Below, one piece after another: positions 1-12,100 of a stretch of 64,000 nucleotides of DNA. Made by a program: the position numbers and the translations under genes. Source of the DNA: Mobula hypostoma (taxonomy: Eukaryota); contig NC_086097.1 in NCBI RefSeq assembly GCF_963921235.1, forward strand, positions 35,280,001 to 35,344,000. Direction: 5' to 3'. Under the pieces are notes generated by a model, which saw only the letters and a list, made by a program, of their open reading frames with translations, made no database searches and was not told the DNA's origin. Within the stretch, counting starts at the first letter, position 1, and every line of letters begins with the position of its first letter.

Positions 1-190
1 GCAAATGTCTCTGTGCTGCTTCAATCTCCCTCCCCTGGTTCTTCCCTTTTCCAACCATGATTCCCCTCTCCCTGCCCCCTTCCCACTCTCAGTTCACAAT
101 AGAGACCCACATCAAAATCAAGTTTATCATCATTCACATGTCACAATTTTTTTTGGCAACAGCATTAAAGTTCAGTATATAAGATTACTA

Positions 191-264
191 CAGTACAGTG
201 CAAAAGTCTTAGACACCCTTGTTATATACCTTTGTTATGTGCCTAAGACTTTTGCATAGTTTTG
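191..264. mobile_element. Miniature Tc1/mariner-type hairpin (TIR-only MITE)
   Basis: TA then cagtacagtgcaaaagtcttagacac ... gtgcctaagacttttgca, an inverted pair around a short AT-rich spacer; related hairpins at 5865-5951 and 6361-6431. Confidence 0.65.
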
Positions 265-476
265 AATGAACTGTGACAATACATTCACGTAAGTAGATGA
301 AGACTGTAGGATACAGAATTCATCATGTGTGGGTCTCACCATAGTGTGGTGTTATTGTAGATAGGCTTCCTTAGTTCTAGATACATCCTCCTGCAATAAA
401 AATAATTTTGGGAAGTGAAGCTAGAGCAAGAGCACGATAGCTGCAAATGTAACGTGCAAAACTATTAATTTAATCT

Positions 477-2819
477 TTGGCTTGTTTGGGAGAGTGAGGA
501 GCTGATGGACAGGAGCTACAGGCAGGTAGTCATCCTGGGGCCACAGGAGACGGATAAGCAGGTGACCGTCAGGAGGGTGTCAGTTAGTGGAGAGCACTCC
601 TGTGGCTGTCCCCCTTAACGAAAATTACTCCATTTTGATTGCTACTGGGGGGGACGACCTACCTGTGGAAGCAACAGTGGCTGTGCCTCTGACACTGAGT
701 CTGGCCCTGTGGCTCAGAAGGGTAGGGAACGGAAGAGGCGGGCAGCAGTAATAAGGGACTCTATAGTTAGGGGACAGATAAGCGATTCTGTGGCTGCAAA
801 AAAGAAACACGGATGGTAATTTGCCTCCCAGGTGCCAGGGTTTGTGATGCTTCTGAGTGCGGCCACAATATCCTGAAATTGGAGGGTGAGCAGCCAGGGG
901 TCGTGGAACATATTGGTACCAATGACATGGGTAGAGGTCCTGAATGCAGAATACAGTGAGTTAAGAAGGAAGCTGAGAAGCAAGACCTCAAAGGTAGTAA
1001 TCTCGGGATTGCTGCTTGTGCCACGCGACAGAGTGTATAGGAATAGAATGAGGTGGAGGATAAATGCGTGGCTGAAGGAATGGAGCAGGGAGCAGGGATT
1101 CAGATTTTTGGATCATTGGGACCTCTTCTGGGGCAGGTGTAACCTGTACAAAAGGACGGGTTGCACTTGAATCCGAGGGCGGCCAGTATCCTGGCAGGGA
1201 GGTTTGCTAATGGTATTGGGGAGGGTTTAAACTAGATTTGCAGGGGGGTGGGAAGTGAAGTGAAGAGGCAGAGGATAGGGAGGCTGGAGAACAAGTAGAA
1301 ACAGCTTGTAGGAAGTTTGTGAGGAAGGATAGGCAGCTGTTAGAGCAAAGATGCACTCAGCCTGATGGTTTGAGATGTGTCTATTTTAATGCAAGGCGTA
1401 TCATAAACAAGGCAGATGAACTTAGAGCGTGGATCAATACATGGAACTGTGATGTTGTGGCCATTACAGAGACTTGGATGTCTCAAGAGCAGGAATGACT
1501 GCTGAGTGTGTCGGGCTTTAGCTGTTTCAAAAAGAACAGAGAGGGAGGCAAAAGAGATGGGGGAGTGATATTACCAATCAGGGATAGAATCACGGCTGCA
1601 GAAGAGGAGGAAGTCATGGACGGATGGTCTACTGAGTCAGTGTGGGTGGAAGTCAGAAACAGGAAAGGGGCAATAACTCTACTAGATGTTTTTTATAGAC
1701 CTCCCCCCAACAGTAGTAACAGGGATATCAAGCAGCAGATAGGGAGGCAGATTCTGGAATGGTGCAATAATAATAGGGCTGTTATGATAGGAGATTTTAA
1801 CTTTCCTAATATTGATTGGCATCTCCTTAGCACAAGGGGTTTAGATGGGGTGGAGGTTTGTTAGGTGTGTTCAGGGAGGTTTTCTGACACAATATATATA
1901 AGCCAACTAGAGTAGAGGCTGTACTTGATCTGGTATTGGGAAATGAACCTGGTCAGGTGTCAGATCTCTCAGTGGGAGAGCATTTTGGAGGTAGTGACCT
2001 CAACTCTATCTCCTTCACCATAGCGCTGGAGCAGACAATTTGGGAAAACATTTAATTGGGGTAGGGGGAAATATGATGCTATTAGGCAAGAACTTGGGAG
2101 CAGACCTTCACAGGGAAATGCACAGCAGAAATATGGCAAATGTTCAGGGAGTGCTGCATAGGTATGTTCCATTGAGGCAGAGAAAGGATGGTAGAGTTAA
2201 AGAACCATGGTGTACAAAGTATGTATGTAGAAAATCTAGTTAAGAAGAAAAGAAATCTTACGAAAGGTTCAAGAAACTAGATACTGTGAGAGGTCTAGCA
2301 AATTACAAGGTTGCTAAGAAGGAGCTTAAAAATGGAATTAGGAGAGCCAGAAGGGGCCATGAGAAGGCCTTGCTGAGCAGGATTAAGAAAAGCCCCAAGG
2401 CATTCTACAAGTATGTGAAGAGCAAGAGGACAAGCCATGTGAGAACAGGACCAATCAGGTGAGATAGCGGAAACGTGTGCACGGAACCGGAGGAGGTAGC
2501 AGAGGTACTTAATGAATACTTTACTTCAGTATTCACAAGGGGACATAGTTTTAAAGTGCTGGGAAATAGGAACTGAGGGGATGTCAGGGGTTTGTTTTTC
2601 ACACAGAGAGTGGTGGGTGCATGGAATGCACTTCCAGTGGTGATGATGGAAACGGATACAATTGGGTCTTTTAAAAGCCTCTTAGATAGGTACATGGAGC
2701 TTAGAAAAACAGAGAGCTATGCGCTAGGGAAATTCTAGGCAGTCTCTAGAGTAGGTTACTTGGTTGGCACAATATTGTGGGCCAAAGACCCTGTAATGTC
2801 CTATAAATTTCTGTGTTCC
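477..2819 (+). mobile_element. CR1-clade LINE, 5'-truncated in ORF1 and lacking the RT domain through an internal deletion
   Basis: ORF1 SGNH-esterase remnant (FRFLDHWDLFWGR, 886-1170); APE endonuclease remnant (VFYRPP...IGDFNFPNIDW, 1508-1864); jump to the CR1 3' end near 2537; aatct duplicated at 472-476 and 2820-2824. Confidence 0.9.
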
Positions 2820-2849
2820 AATCTCTTCACTGCACAAAACAGGAAAGCA

Positions 2850-3605
2850 GAGAGTTTGTTACGTGATGAAAGACGACAGATGTTCAAAAGGAAGGGGTGT
2901 GCTTGTACACAGCCAACTTAAATTATAAGAGGCCTTGATGAGGCTGCACCTGGAGTATTGTGCACAATGTTTGTGTCCTTCCCAAAAAAAAGGATCTAAT
3001 TGCCTCAGCGGGAGTGAAGATTCACTAGTCTCGTTCCAGGGACGAGGATTGCCTAAGGTTAATTTGCAGGTTCATTTGGTGGTAGTAAGGAAGGCAAATG
3101 CAATGTTAGCATTCATTTCGAGAGGACTAGAATATAAAAGCAAAGATGTAATGCCGAGGTTTCAGAAGGCATTGGTCAGATCACATTTAGAGTATTGTGA
3201 GCAGCTTTGGGACCTTCTACTCACTACAGTTCAGAAAAATGGGGGGACGGGGTAGAATCTCACTGAAACCTATCATATATTGAAAGGCTTAGATAGAGTG
3301 GGTGTGGAGAGGATGTTTCTTGGAGTGGGGATTTCTAGGACTAGAGGGCACGTCCTGGGAGTAGAAGGATGTTCTCTAGAACAGAGACGAAGAGGAATTC
3401 CTTTACCAGAGGGTCGTGAAGCTGCGAAATTCATTACTATAGAAGGCTGTGGAGGCCAAGCCATTGGATATACTTGAAACTGTGGTTGACAGATTCTTGA
3501 TTAGTAAGAGGTTTGAGAGGAGTAATAAGTCAACCATGATCGAATGGCAAAGCAGACTCGATGGGCTGAATGGTTTATTTCCATCCCTATGTCTCATGGT
3601 TTTAT
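2850..3605 (+). mobile_element. Degraded CR1 ORF2 C-terminal/3' fragments within duplication copy A
   Basis: KANAMLAFISRGLEYKSKDV...HLEYCEQ and KGLDRVGVERMF motifs; CR1-type 3' UTR. Confidence 0.85.
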
Positions 3606-3989
3606 GATGAGGAGACTGGACATGCATTCTTTTGAATTCAAAAAATAAGTTTTCTTTTGAAACTTAAAGAATTCTTCCTGGGCTTGACAATCTGTGGACA
3701 TAGCTAATTATGTCTGATAATGACAATTCTGACAGGGATAGTGAGTTTAGATTTTGATGAGAGCCTCAATCAATTAGAATACTCTCTCAGAATGACAAGT
3801 GACTGAAAAGGGTTTCGTTTCAAATTTGCATTCTGAAATGCCCATTATTTGTAATGCCAGCTGTCCATATACGGTGATAGAGAGGTTTCACACCCACAGA
3901 ATATGTGATTCAAAGTTTTTTGAGCAGTATTGACAAGCTAATTACTCAGTTTAATCCTCTATTTAGGATTTTGGTACATTCATTGCATC

Positions 3990-4365
3990 ATAGAATCATA
4001 GACATTTAAAATACTGAAAGAGGCCATTTGGCTGATTGTGACCTTACTGGCCAAAAGCAGGCCTTGGGTTAATTCCACTGCAGGGTGCAGAGCTGTGCTG
4101 GTAACAGGCCTTGAAGTGTTTGACCAGGCGACAGTTTCTGCCTCCATCCTCCTATTTGGCAGTAAGTTCCACACATCCATCACTTGTTGAGTGAAATAAG
4201 TTTTTTTTTCAACCCTCCAGCTTAAATCCACACCCCTTACTTGCTGTGCTTACTAATTAGCAAAGTAGGCCCTTATTGTTCACCTTGTCCAGGCTTTTTA
4301 TAGACCTCAATCAAATCTCCTCTCACAGTCAATATTTCCAAGGGAAACAGCCCCAGCCCTTGTAG
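3990..4365 (-). mobile_element. Degraded CR1 3' fragment
   Basis: Tail catagaatcatag on plus; minus ORF with YFTQQVMDVWNLLP (CR1 C-terminal FTQRVVxxWNxLP). Confidence 0.7.
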
Positions 4366-4444
4366 TGTTGGCAAATATCCTCTTTTGTACCATATTTATG
4401 ATATCATTTCCTTCCTGCATTTTGGTGAGCAAAGCGGTACACAA

Positions 4445-5317
4445 TTCAGATTTATTTATTTATCACATGTACATCTATACATACTCAGCAGTAGAATGCG
4501 TTCTTTGTGTTAATAAGCAACACAACCTAAGGATGTGCCAACAAGTGTCACTACACGTTACGGTGCCAACATAGTATACCCACCATGTTTGCAGAACACA
4601 CAACCAACAACAGAATAACAGAAAGAAACAACAGCAAAGCAAGCCCCTTACCTCCCTCCCCGCATCCCCCACCCATACACACAGATGACCGTCCTTTAAC
4701 CCCAGTTAGGCCGTCTCTGGGCTTCCAGCCTCCAGTGGACTTGGACTTTTGAACATTAGGCCTTCGATTTCCCCAGTGGACTCAGAGATTCACTGGCCAT
4801 CGGGTCTCAATATCTGGACTTCAGATCTACCTGCAGGCTGCTGTCTTTGGCATCAACCCCAGGACTCACCTACGATGATGGAGGAGGATCCTGGATGAGG
4901 ATCCTGAACTAGACTCGCCAATGACAGGACCCCAAACACAAGGCTTTGAAAATGTTTACTTAGGGGCTCAATGGACCTCGTGCCTCCTGCATGCACTAAG
5001 CTCCAATCCTGGAATCCGTTGTTGTCTTGCTGACATGGTGGTAGTGGGGGGAGGGGGCAGCTGTTGTCTTTGTTGGTCCACTGACCCGACACCCAAACTT
5101 AGATGTCCTTCATCACATGTCATGGGCCTTCGAATGTGGAGCACAAATTAGTGGCCTAGACTCTGGTTTAAACCCTAATTGCCCTGTTACTAAACCCCAA
5201 GCTGACCTCTAAACTCCCCCCTCTGTCCCCAAGACTATTTTTACAAGCCTAAAGAACAACTATGTCTGAGCCATGCCCTCGATGGAGACAGCAACTCTGC
5301 GCCATCTTGACTGGAAG
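4445..5317 (-). mobile_element. Non-coding, non-autonomous retroelement-like repeat (unclassified)
   Basis: Minus strand starts cttccagtcAAGATGGCG and ends gatgtacatgtgataaataaataaatctgaa, resembling the Rex1-type tails elsewhere in the window; no recognisable ORF. Confidence 0.5.
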
Positions 5318-5864
5318 GTGGGAATATGTGTTCTATCGGTTCCATCATTAATATTTCATCACCAATGTTCCATCCATGGCCTAACTAATATTTTATGTGG
5401 TGGTTGGATACTATATGGTGCTTGGATGAGAACACATCAAAAGAGAGCATCAATATCATGGCTAATATTCTACCTCTGCACCATTTTCCTGTACTATTCT
5501 CATATCCTTGATCACCTTAACATCTAGAAGTCTATTGATCTTGTTTTTGAATGAAGTCATTGATTGATTTATTCTGCAGTGGCAGAGTATTCCAAAGGTT
5601 CGGTATCTTCTGATTGAAGAAATTACTCCTCATTTCAGTCCCAGAGAAGTACCCCTTATTCAGAGACTATGTCTCCTTGTTTTACACTCCTTACGCATGG
5701 CGGTTTTGGTTTGTTGAGCTCTCTGGGTGTATTGTACATTTCAATGGAACCTCCTTTCATTTTTCTACCCTCCAGAAGCTGCACATTAAATCTTTCAGTA
5801 CAGCAAACTTGCCGTCCTTGCAACCAATTTCATGGATCTTCAATCCACCCCATCTATGACAAAT

Positions 5865-6431
5865 ACAACACTGTGCAAATATATATAGCAACCTATATAT
5901 AATATATATATATAGCTAGCTAGGTTGCCTAAGACTTTTGCATAGCACTGTGTTTGTCAATGTGGAGCGGAGAATGAGTTTATAAATCTGACGGGAACAA
6001 AGGATGTTGGGAATAGCGAGGGTGGAATCCTGCGGAAGGAGCGTGGGAAAGGAGGCAAAGAAGGAGAGCCAGAGATGGGGGTGGCGTGAGTGCAGACACC
6101 TCCAGCCCTAAGACACCAGGCGAAGCCATTTCATTCCAAACAATTGATTTATTAATCATTACAGAATGTTTCTCAGGTGCTTCATACTCCCTCTGCACTT
6201 CCTTCACCTTTTCCCAACCATGATTCCCCTCCTTTGCCCCCCTTCCCACTCTCAGTCCACAGTAGAGACCCATATCTGAATCAGGTTTATCATCACTCAC
6301 ATATGTCATGAAATTTGTTTTTCTCTGGCAGCAGCAGTGCAATGCAATACATGCAATTAGTACAGTACTGTGCACAAGTCTTAAGGTTCACAGCTATATA
6401 TATGTGCCTAATACTTATACGTGGTACTGTA
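5865..6431. mobile_element. Composite non-autonomous element bounded by two Tc1-type mini-hairpins
   Basis: Hairpin ending gcctaagacttttgcatagcactg at 5865-5951 and tacagtactgtgcacaagtctt...gtactgta at 6361-6431; interior includes a minus-strand LINE tail (gaatcaggtttatcatcac). Confidence 0.5.
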
Positions 6432-7653
6432 CTGTCTTGTATGAGCTGTCTGTGACAAATACATTCACGTCGGAAGTCCAAAACTGCAGGACACAGAATT
6501 CACTGGGTGAGGTCTCTTCATAGCCCTGTTAACTGTAGATAGACCTCCTTACTCCTGGAAATACTGTACATACTCCTGTAATAAAAAGATTTTAGGAAGC
6601 TAAGTTAGAGCAAGAAGAAGATTGCTTCAAATGGAAAACTATTAATTTAATCTCTTCATTGCACAAAACAGAAAAACAGAGAGTTTGTTACGTGATGAAA
6701 GACGACAGATGTTCAAAGGGAAGGGGTGTGCTTGTGCACAGCCAATTACAATTATAAGAGGCCTTGATGAGGCTGCACCTGGAGTGTTGTGCACAATGTT
6801 TGTGTCCTTCCCAAAGAAAGGATCTAATTGCCTCAGCGGGAGTGAAGATTCACTAGTCTCGTTCCAGGGACAAGGATTGGCTAAGGTTAACTTGCAGGTT
6901 GAGTTGGTGGTAAAGAAGGCAACTGCAATGTTAGCATTCATTTTGAGAGGACCAGAATATAAAAGCAAAGATGTAATGCTGAGGCTTTATAAGACATTAG
7001 TCAGACAGCACTTGGAATATTGTGAGCAGTTTGGGGCCCCATATCTATGAAAGACTGTGCTGGCATTGGAGAGGGTCCAGAGGAGCCTCATGAGCATGAT
7101 TTTGGGAATGAAAAGGTTAGCATATGAGGTGCATTTAATAGCCCTGGGCCTGTGCTCACTGCAGTTCAGAAGAATGAAGGAGGATCTCATTGAAACCTAT
7201 GAAATATTCAAAGACCTAGATAAGGTGGACAGTTGGGAAATCTAGGACTAGACGTTTAGCACAGCCTGAGATTAGAAGGGTGTCCCCTTAAAACAGAGAT
7301 GGAGAAGGATTCCTTTACCAGAAGGTGCTGGTAATCTGTGGAATTCATTGCTACAGAAGGCTGTGGAGGCCAAGCCATTTGATATATCTAAAACTGTGGG
7401 TGATAGATTCTTTATTAGTAAGGGCATCAAGGGTTACTGTGAAAAGGCACGAGAATGGGGTTGAAAGGGATAATAAATCAGCCTTGATCGAATGGTGAAG
7501 CATACTCGATGGGCCAAGTGGCCTAATTGAGTTCCTACACCTTATGCTCTTACGAGGAGGATAAGGTGACAGGACCTGCGCTCTTGGGAATTAAAAAAAA
7601 ACAAATAAAGAAGATCTCTTTGAAACTTACAGAACTCTTCCTGGGCTTGCCAA
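6170..7653. repeat. Copy B of the tandem duplication, with the empty CR1 site at 6649-6653 and CR1 3' fragments at about 6680-7550
   Basis: Continuous attaatttaatctcttcattgcacaaaac where copy A is split by the 477-2819 insertion. Confidence 0.88.
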
Positions 7654-9112
7654 GCAGAGGCACAAGGAATAGTTCCCCTGTCTGAGGAATCTACAACCCA
7701 GCGATGTATCTCAGAAGAAGAAGAAGAGTTAGCTACTGAAGAGAGTTGAGGAGAAACTTCTTCACTTATAAGGTGACCTCTCTTCAGAATTCTCTAAGCA
7801 GGGAGGCTGTGGAGGCTCAGTGATTGAGTTTATTCAACACCAAAATTGATTTACTTGTGATATCTCAAAGGGATCACGAGGTTTGGTCTTAATGTAGGAA
7901 ATTGGATTGTGTTAGCAGATCAGTTGTATACTAATGTTCCTATTTATGGTTTCTGCTTTTATTTCCTTTTCATTTACATTTCTAAATTTCCTCTGCGATC
8001 CCATGAATAGCATTAGTGACTATGCAGAGTGAGAGAAACAACATGATGCACCATCAATACCTCCAAAAGACTGGAAGTAGAGTAAATACTGAAAGGCTTT
8101 TATTAGCAGTGAAATGTGACCTCCACCATGCTGAGTACCTGCCCTGGACTGAGAGGAGGAGCAATGGCGCAATCGCCTTTATTCAGGGGTCTGTGGGAGG
8201 AGCCACAGGAGCAGTCAGCAGAGGAGCGTGTCCAGATGGGTAACCCAGTTACAACGTATATATATGGTTTACCACACAACACTTTATTTATCTTAAAGCA
8301 ACCTTTTGCCAAAGGCAGAGTTGTCCAGCCACTGTGGCTAACACAGCAATCTTTCAACATTACCCCAGCTTCTTCCTGCATCACCACAGTTTCTGCACTT
8401 GAGGGACACTTAAGTAGTTGTTGAGTGCGATGTGGAAGATGCTGTATTTGTCCTCCTTAAGTCAAGTGCTTCTTTCCCAGATGCTACCAGGGGAGGATGA
8501 AAAAAAATAAAGGGAATGATCCCTCTCATAATGAGCAATAGGAAACTGTCAGGTCTTTTGCTGGAATTTTGTATCTGTCTGTACAGCATGTTGTGGTAGA
8601 ATGTCTTCATTCTGGGAAGATAGTGGAAGAAGATCAGCTGCAGAATAGATGGTATCACAGGAGTGGCTGACTTGGCTGGAAGGGCCAGAGCTGGAAGCTG
8701 AAAAGGTGGGTGTACACTGTCTTAAAAGCCAACTAGAAACCTCACTGGTGAAAATCGGAAGCTGATAAAGATGGCAGAGGTTCAAAGTTCATTTATTATC
8801 AAAGGATGTGTAAATTATACAACCTTGAGATGTGTTTGCTTATAGGCAGTCACGAAGCAAGAACCCCAAAATAACCCAATTCTCCCCTATTTCTTAGAAA
8901 TAGCGGGGATTTATATGTTCAAAGCCAATGAGAGACTCAAAGAAAATATATAATTGGACAGAAAGATGTTAAACCTGCAGGAATTGATGACCTATATCAT
9001 AGGGTCTCACAAATGGTGTCTGGAGAGTTGGTGGATGCGCTGGTTGTCATTTTCCAAAATTCTGTGGATACTGGAACAGTTACTACGGACTGGAAAGGAG
9101 TAAATTTAAGCC

Positions 9113-12100
9113 ACTGTGCTAGAAATAGGATGCTCTGGAGGATGAACAAGTGGCTGCGGAACTGGTGTAGGGAGCAGGGTTTCAGATTTCAGGATAATTG
9201 GGACCTCTTCTGGGGCAGGTGGGACCTGTCCAAGAGAGACGAGTCACACTTGAACTCCAAGGAGCCCAACATCCTTTCAGGGAGGTTTGTTAGTGCTATT
9301 GGGGAGGCTTTAAACTAGATTTGCAGGGGGATGGGAACCAGAGTGCCAGAGCTGACAGTGTGGCTGGGGTGAAAATAAATGATGTTAAAAGTTCAAGCAA
9401 ATCCACTAATAGAAAGGTTGTGAGTGGTGGTAAAATTCTTCTGAGGTGTATATATTTCAATGCTAGGAGTATTGTGGGGAAGGCGGACTAGTTGAGGGCG
9501 TGGATTGGCACGTGGAATTATGACGTTATAGCAATTAGTGAAACTTAGCTACAGGAGGGGCAGGACTGGCAGCTTAGTATTCCAGGGTTCAGATGTTTCA
9601 GATGTGATCGAGGCAGAGGAATGAAAGGTGGGGGTGTAGCATTGCTTGTTAGGGAAAATGTTACAGCAGTACTCAGGCCGGACAGATGAGAGGGCTTGTC
9701 TACTGAGTCCTTATGGGTGGAGCTGAGAAACAGGAAAGGTATGCCCACATTAGTGGGGTTGTATTATAGACCACCCAATAGTCAGCGAGAATTGGAGGAG
9801 CAAATCTGTAGAGAGAAAGCAGGCAACTGCAGGAAACATAAAGTTGTGGTGGTAGGGGATTTTAATTTTCCACATATTGATTGGGACTCCCATACTGTTA
9901 GGGGTCCAGATGGGTTAGAGTTTGTAAGATGTGTTCAGGAAAGTTTTCTAAATCAATATATAGAGGTACCAACTAGAGGGGATGCGATATTAGATCTCCT
10001 ATTAGGAAACGAGTTAGGACAAGTGACGGAAGTGTGTGTAGGGGAGCACTTTGGTTCCAGTGATCATAACACCATTAGTTTCAACTTGATCATGGATAAA
10101 GATAGATCTGGTCCTAGGGTTGAGGTTCTAAACTGGAAGAAGGCCAAATTTGAAGAAATGAGAAAGGATCTAAAAAGCGTGGATTGGGACAGGTTGTTCT
10201 CTGGCAAGGATGTGATCGGTAAGTGGGAAGCCTTCAAAGGAGAAATTTTGAGAGTGCAGAGCTTGTATGTTCCTGTCAGGATTAAAGGCAAAGTGAATAG
10301 GAATAAGGAACCTTGGTTCTCAAGGGATATTGCAACTCTGATAATGAAGAAGAGAGTTTTATGACATGTAAAGGAAACAGAGAGTAAATAACATGCTTGA
10401 GGAGTATAAAAAGTGCAAGAAAATACTTAAGAAGGAAATTAGGAGGGCTATAAGAAGACACGAGGTTGCCTTGGCAGTCAAAGTGAAGGATAATCCAAAG
10501 AGTTTTTACAGGTATATTAAGAGTAAAAAGATTGTAAGGGATAAAATTGGTCCTCTTGAAGAGTGGTCCCCAACCACCAGGCTGCAAAGCATTTGCTACC
10601 GGGCCATGAGGAAACAATATGATTTGGTGATATGAGTCAGATGCACCTTTCCTCATTCCCTGTCACGTGCACTGTTGAGCTTGAACACACGCGAGGTCAT
10701 GATCCGCGCATCATCCCTGTCAGCGCGGGAAGGAGATCAACTCCTCGAGCTTGCAAATGACGGTGGGCTGAAAAGTATGTTTGACATAACATCTCTGCCG
10801 GCATTCTGGATCAAAGTCAAGGCTGAATATCCTGAGATAGCCACGAAAGCACTGAAAACGTTGCTTCCATTTCCAACACATCTCTGCAATGAATGCAACG
10901 AAAACTAAATTGCGGAATAGACTGGACATAAGGAACCCCCTTCGAGTATCGCTGTCTCCCATCAACCCTCGATGGGACAGTCTTGTTGCAGGAAAACAAG
11001 CCCAGGGCTCCTGCTGATTCAGCGATATTGGTTTGTTGCAATGATCTTATATGTTCATATGGGGAAAATATGTGCTGTGTGTTTAATATCCAAACGTTAC
11101 TTAAAATGTTATGATGCTATTGACTTACTTATATAACCATATAACAATTACAGCACGGAAACAGGCCATCTCTGCCCTTCTAGTCCGTGCCAAACTCTTA
11201 CTCTCACCTAGTCCCACTGACCTGCACTCAGCACATAACCCTTCATTCCTTTCCTGTCCATCTATCTATCCAATTTTACTTTAAATGATAATATCGAACC
11301 TGCTTCTGCCACTTCTACTGGAAGTTCGTTCAACACTTACTTCAAGCTCCCCTGATAATTAACTTATCACTATATTCATGTGAGGAAAATATGCGCTGTG
11401 TTTAATATTAAATTCATTAGATAAACCCTTTTAGAAATGAAATTGAGTGTATTCGCGGCTTATCACCTATATTCCGTTTGTGATTAACACACCCCCCCCG
11501 TACAGAATCGCCAAAAAGGATTTGCAGGAAAAAAATCGGCAGGTCACGACGCGCATGCGTACTTGTGCCCGTGCAAGACTTCATGGTCATTGTAGTCTTT
11601 TTTTTGGGTAAACTGACTGCCAGTCCGCAAGAATACTGTCAATATTAAACTGGTCTGCAGTGCAAAACAGGTTGGGGACCCCTGCTCTTGAAGATCAGAG
11701 TGGTTGACTATGTGCAGAACCAAAAGAAATGGGGGAGATCTTAAATGGTTTTTTTGCATCTGTATTTACTAAGGAAACTGACATGCAGTCTATCGAATTA
11801 AGGGAAACAAGTAGTGAGATCATGGAAACTGTACAAATTGAAAAGGAGAAGGTGCTTGCAATCTTGAGGCAAATTAAAGTGGATAAATCCCCAGGACCTG
11901 ACAGGGTATTCCCTCGGACCTTGAAGGAGACTAGTGTTGAAATTGCAGGGGCCCTGGCAGATATATTTAAAATGTCGATGTCTACGGGTGAGGTGCCGGA
12001 GGATTGGAGAATGGCTCATGTTGTTCCGTTGTTTAAAAAAGGATTGAAAAGTAATCCGGGAAATTATAGGCCAGTAAGTTTGACGTCAGTAGTGGATAAG

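Larger units (their letters stand above)
1..3690. repeat. Copy A of an old local tandem duplication (paralogous to 6170-7653), interrupted by a CR1 at 477-2819; left end runs off the window
   Basis: 1-476 aligns by eye with 6170-6653 (ccaaccatgattcccct...aaaactattaatttaatct) and 2820-3690 with 6649-7653 (ctcttcaYtgcacaaaacag...ttcctgggcttg), across several unrelated repeat fragments in the same order. Confidence 0.88.

Noticed and set aside
8016..8785. Cluster of overlapping short ORFs in non-repeat sequence
   Set aside because: No recognisable domain or convincing splice-site pair; lengths are compatible with chance.
10675..10908. Domesticated ZBED/Buster-type gene exon
   Set aside because: Inside a TIR- and TSD-bounded element with a frameshifting deletion; a transposon remnant.
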